Shown: positions 63,933-64,000 of the stretch, one piece after another
Layout: the number at the start of each line of letters is the position of its first letter
Position numbering within the stretch: position 1 is the stretch's first letter
Position numbers and translations under genes: made by a program
DNA from: Anolis carolinensis
Taxonomy: Eukaryota
Assembly: GCF_035594765.1 (NCBI RefSeq)
Contig: NW_026943824.1
Coordinates: forward strand, 9,061,451 to 9,125,450
Reading direction: 5' to 3'
DNA: 64,000 nucleotides
Notes under the pieces: model-generated
What the model saw: only the letters and a program-made list of their open reading frames with translations
The model's database searches: none
What the model was told of the DNA's origin: nothing

Positions 63933-64000
63933 CTAGATGGTGATAAAACAAACAAACAAGATTTAACAGAACAACAACAATAACAACTTTATTTATATTC

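Overview
Vertebrate genomic DNA. The repeat content (Sauria SINEs, Penelope, Helitron and hAT MITEs) points to a squamate, most likely Anolis; this is an inference. The window holds the syntenic block LYRM1(-) / DCUN1D3(+) / REXO5(-) / ERI2(+) / ACSM3-like(-, 3' part only). I reconstructed the spliced CDSs by hand from splice sites and reading frame: LYRM1 122 aa, DCUN1D3 304 aa, REXO5 about 764 aa, ERI2 694 aa, and the last 8 exons of an ACSM-family gene. Two CpG-rich bidirectional promoters are present: LYRM1/DCUN1D3 at about 8.0-8.7 kb and REXO5/ERI2 at about 49.9-50.35 kb. Introns are rich in transposons, several of them nested. The main observations are: an intact minimal hammerhead ribozyme in a Penelope fragment just downstream of the ERI2 poly(A) signal; a GC-AG intron in REXO5; a CDE/CHR plus duplicated E-box module in the REXO5/ERI2 promoter; inverted MITE copies flanking the DCUN1D3 start-codon exon; and an unexplained CpG-rich segment in the last REXO5 intron. 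I found no convincing novel multi-gene system. Gene identities rest on my recall of human orthologue sequences, not on a database search.
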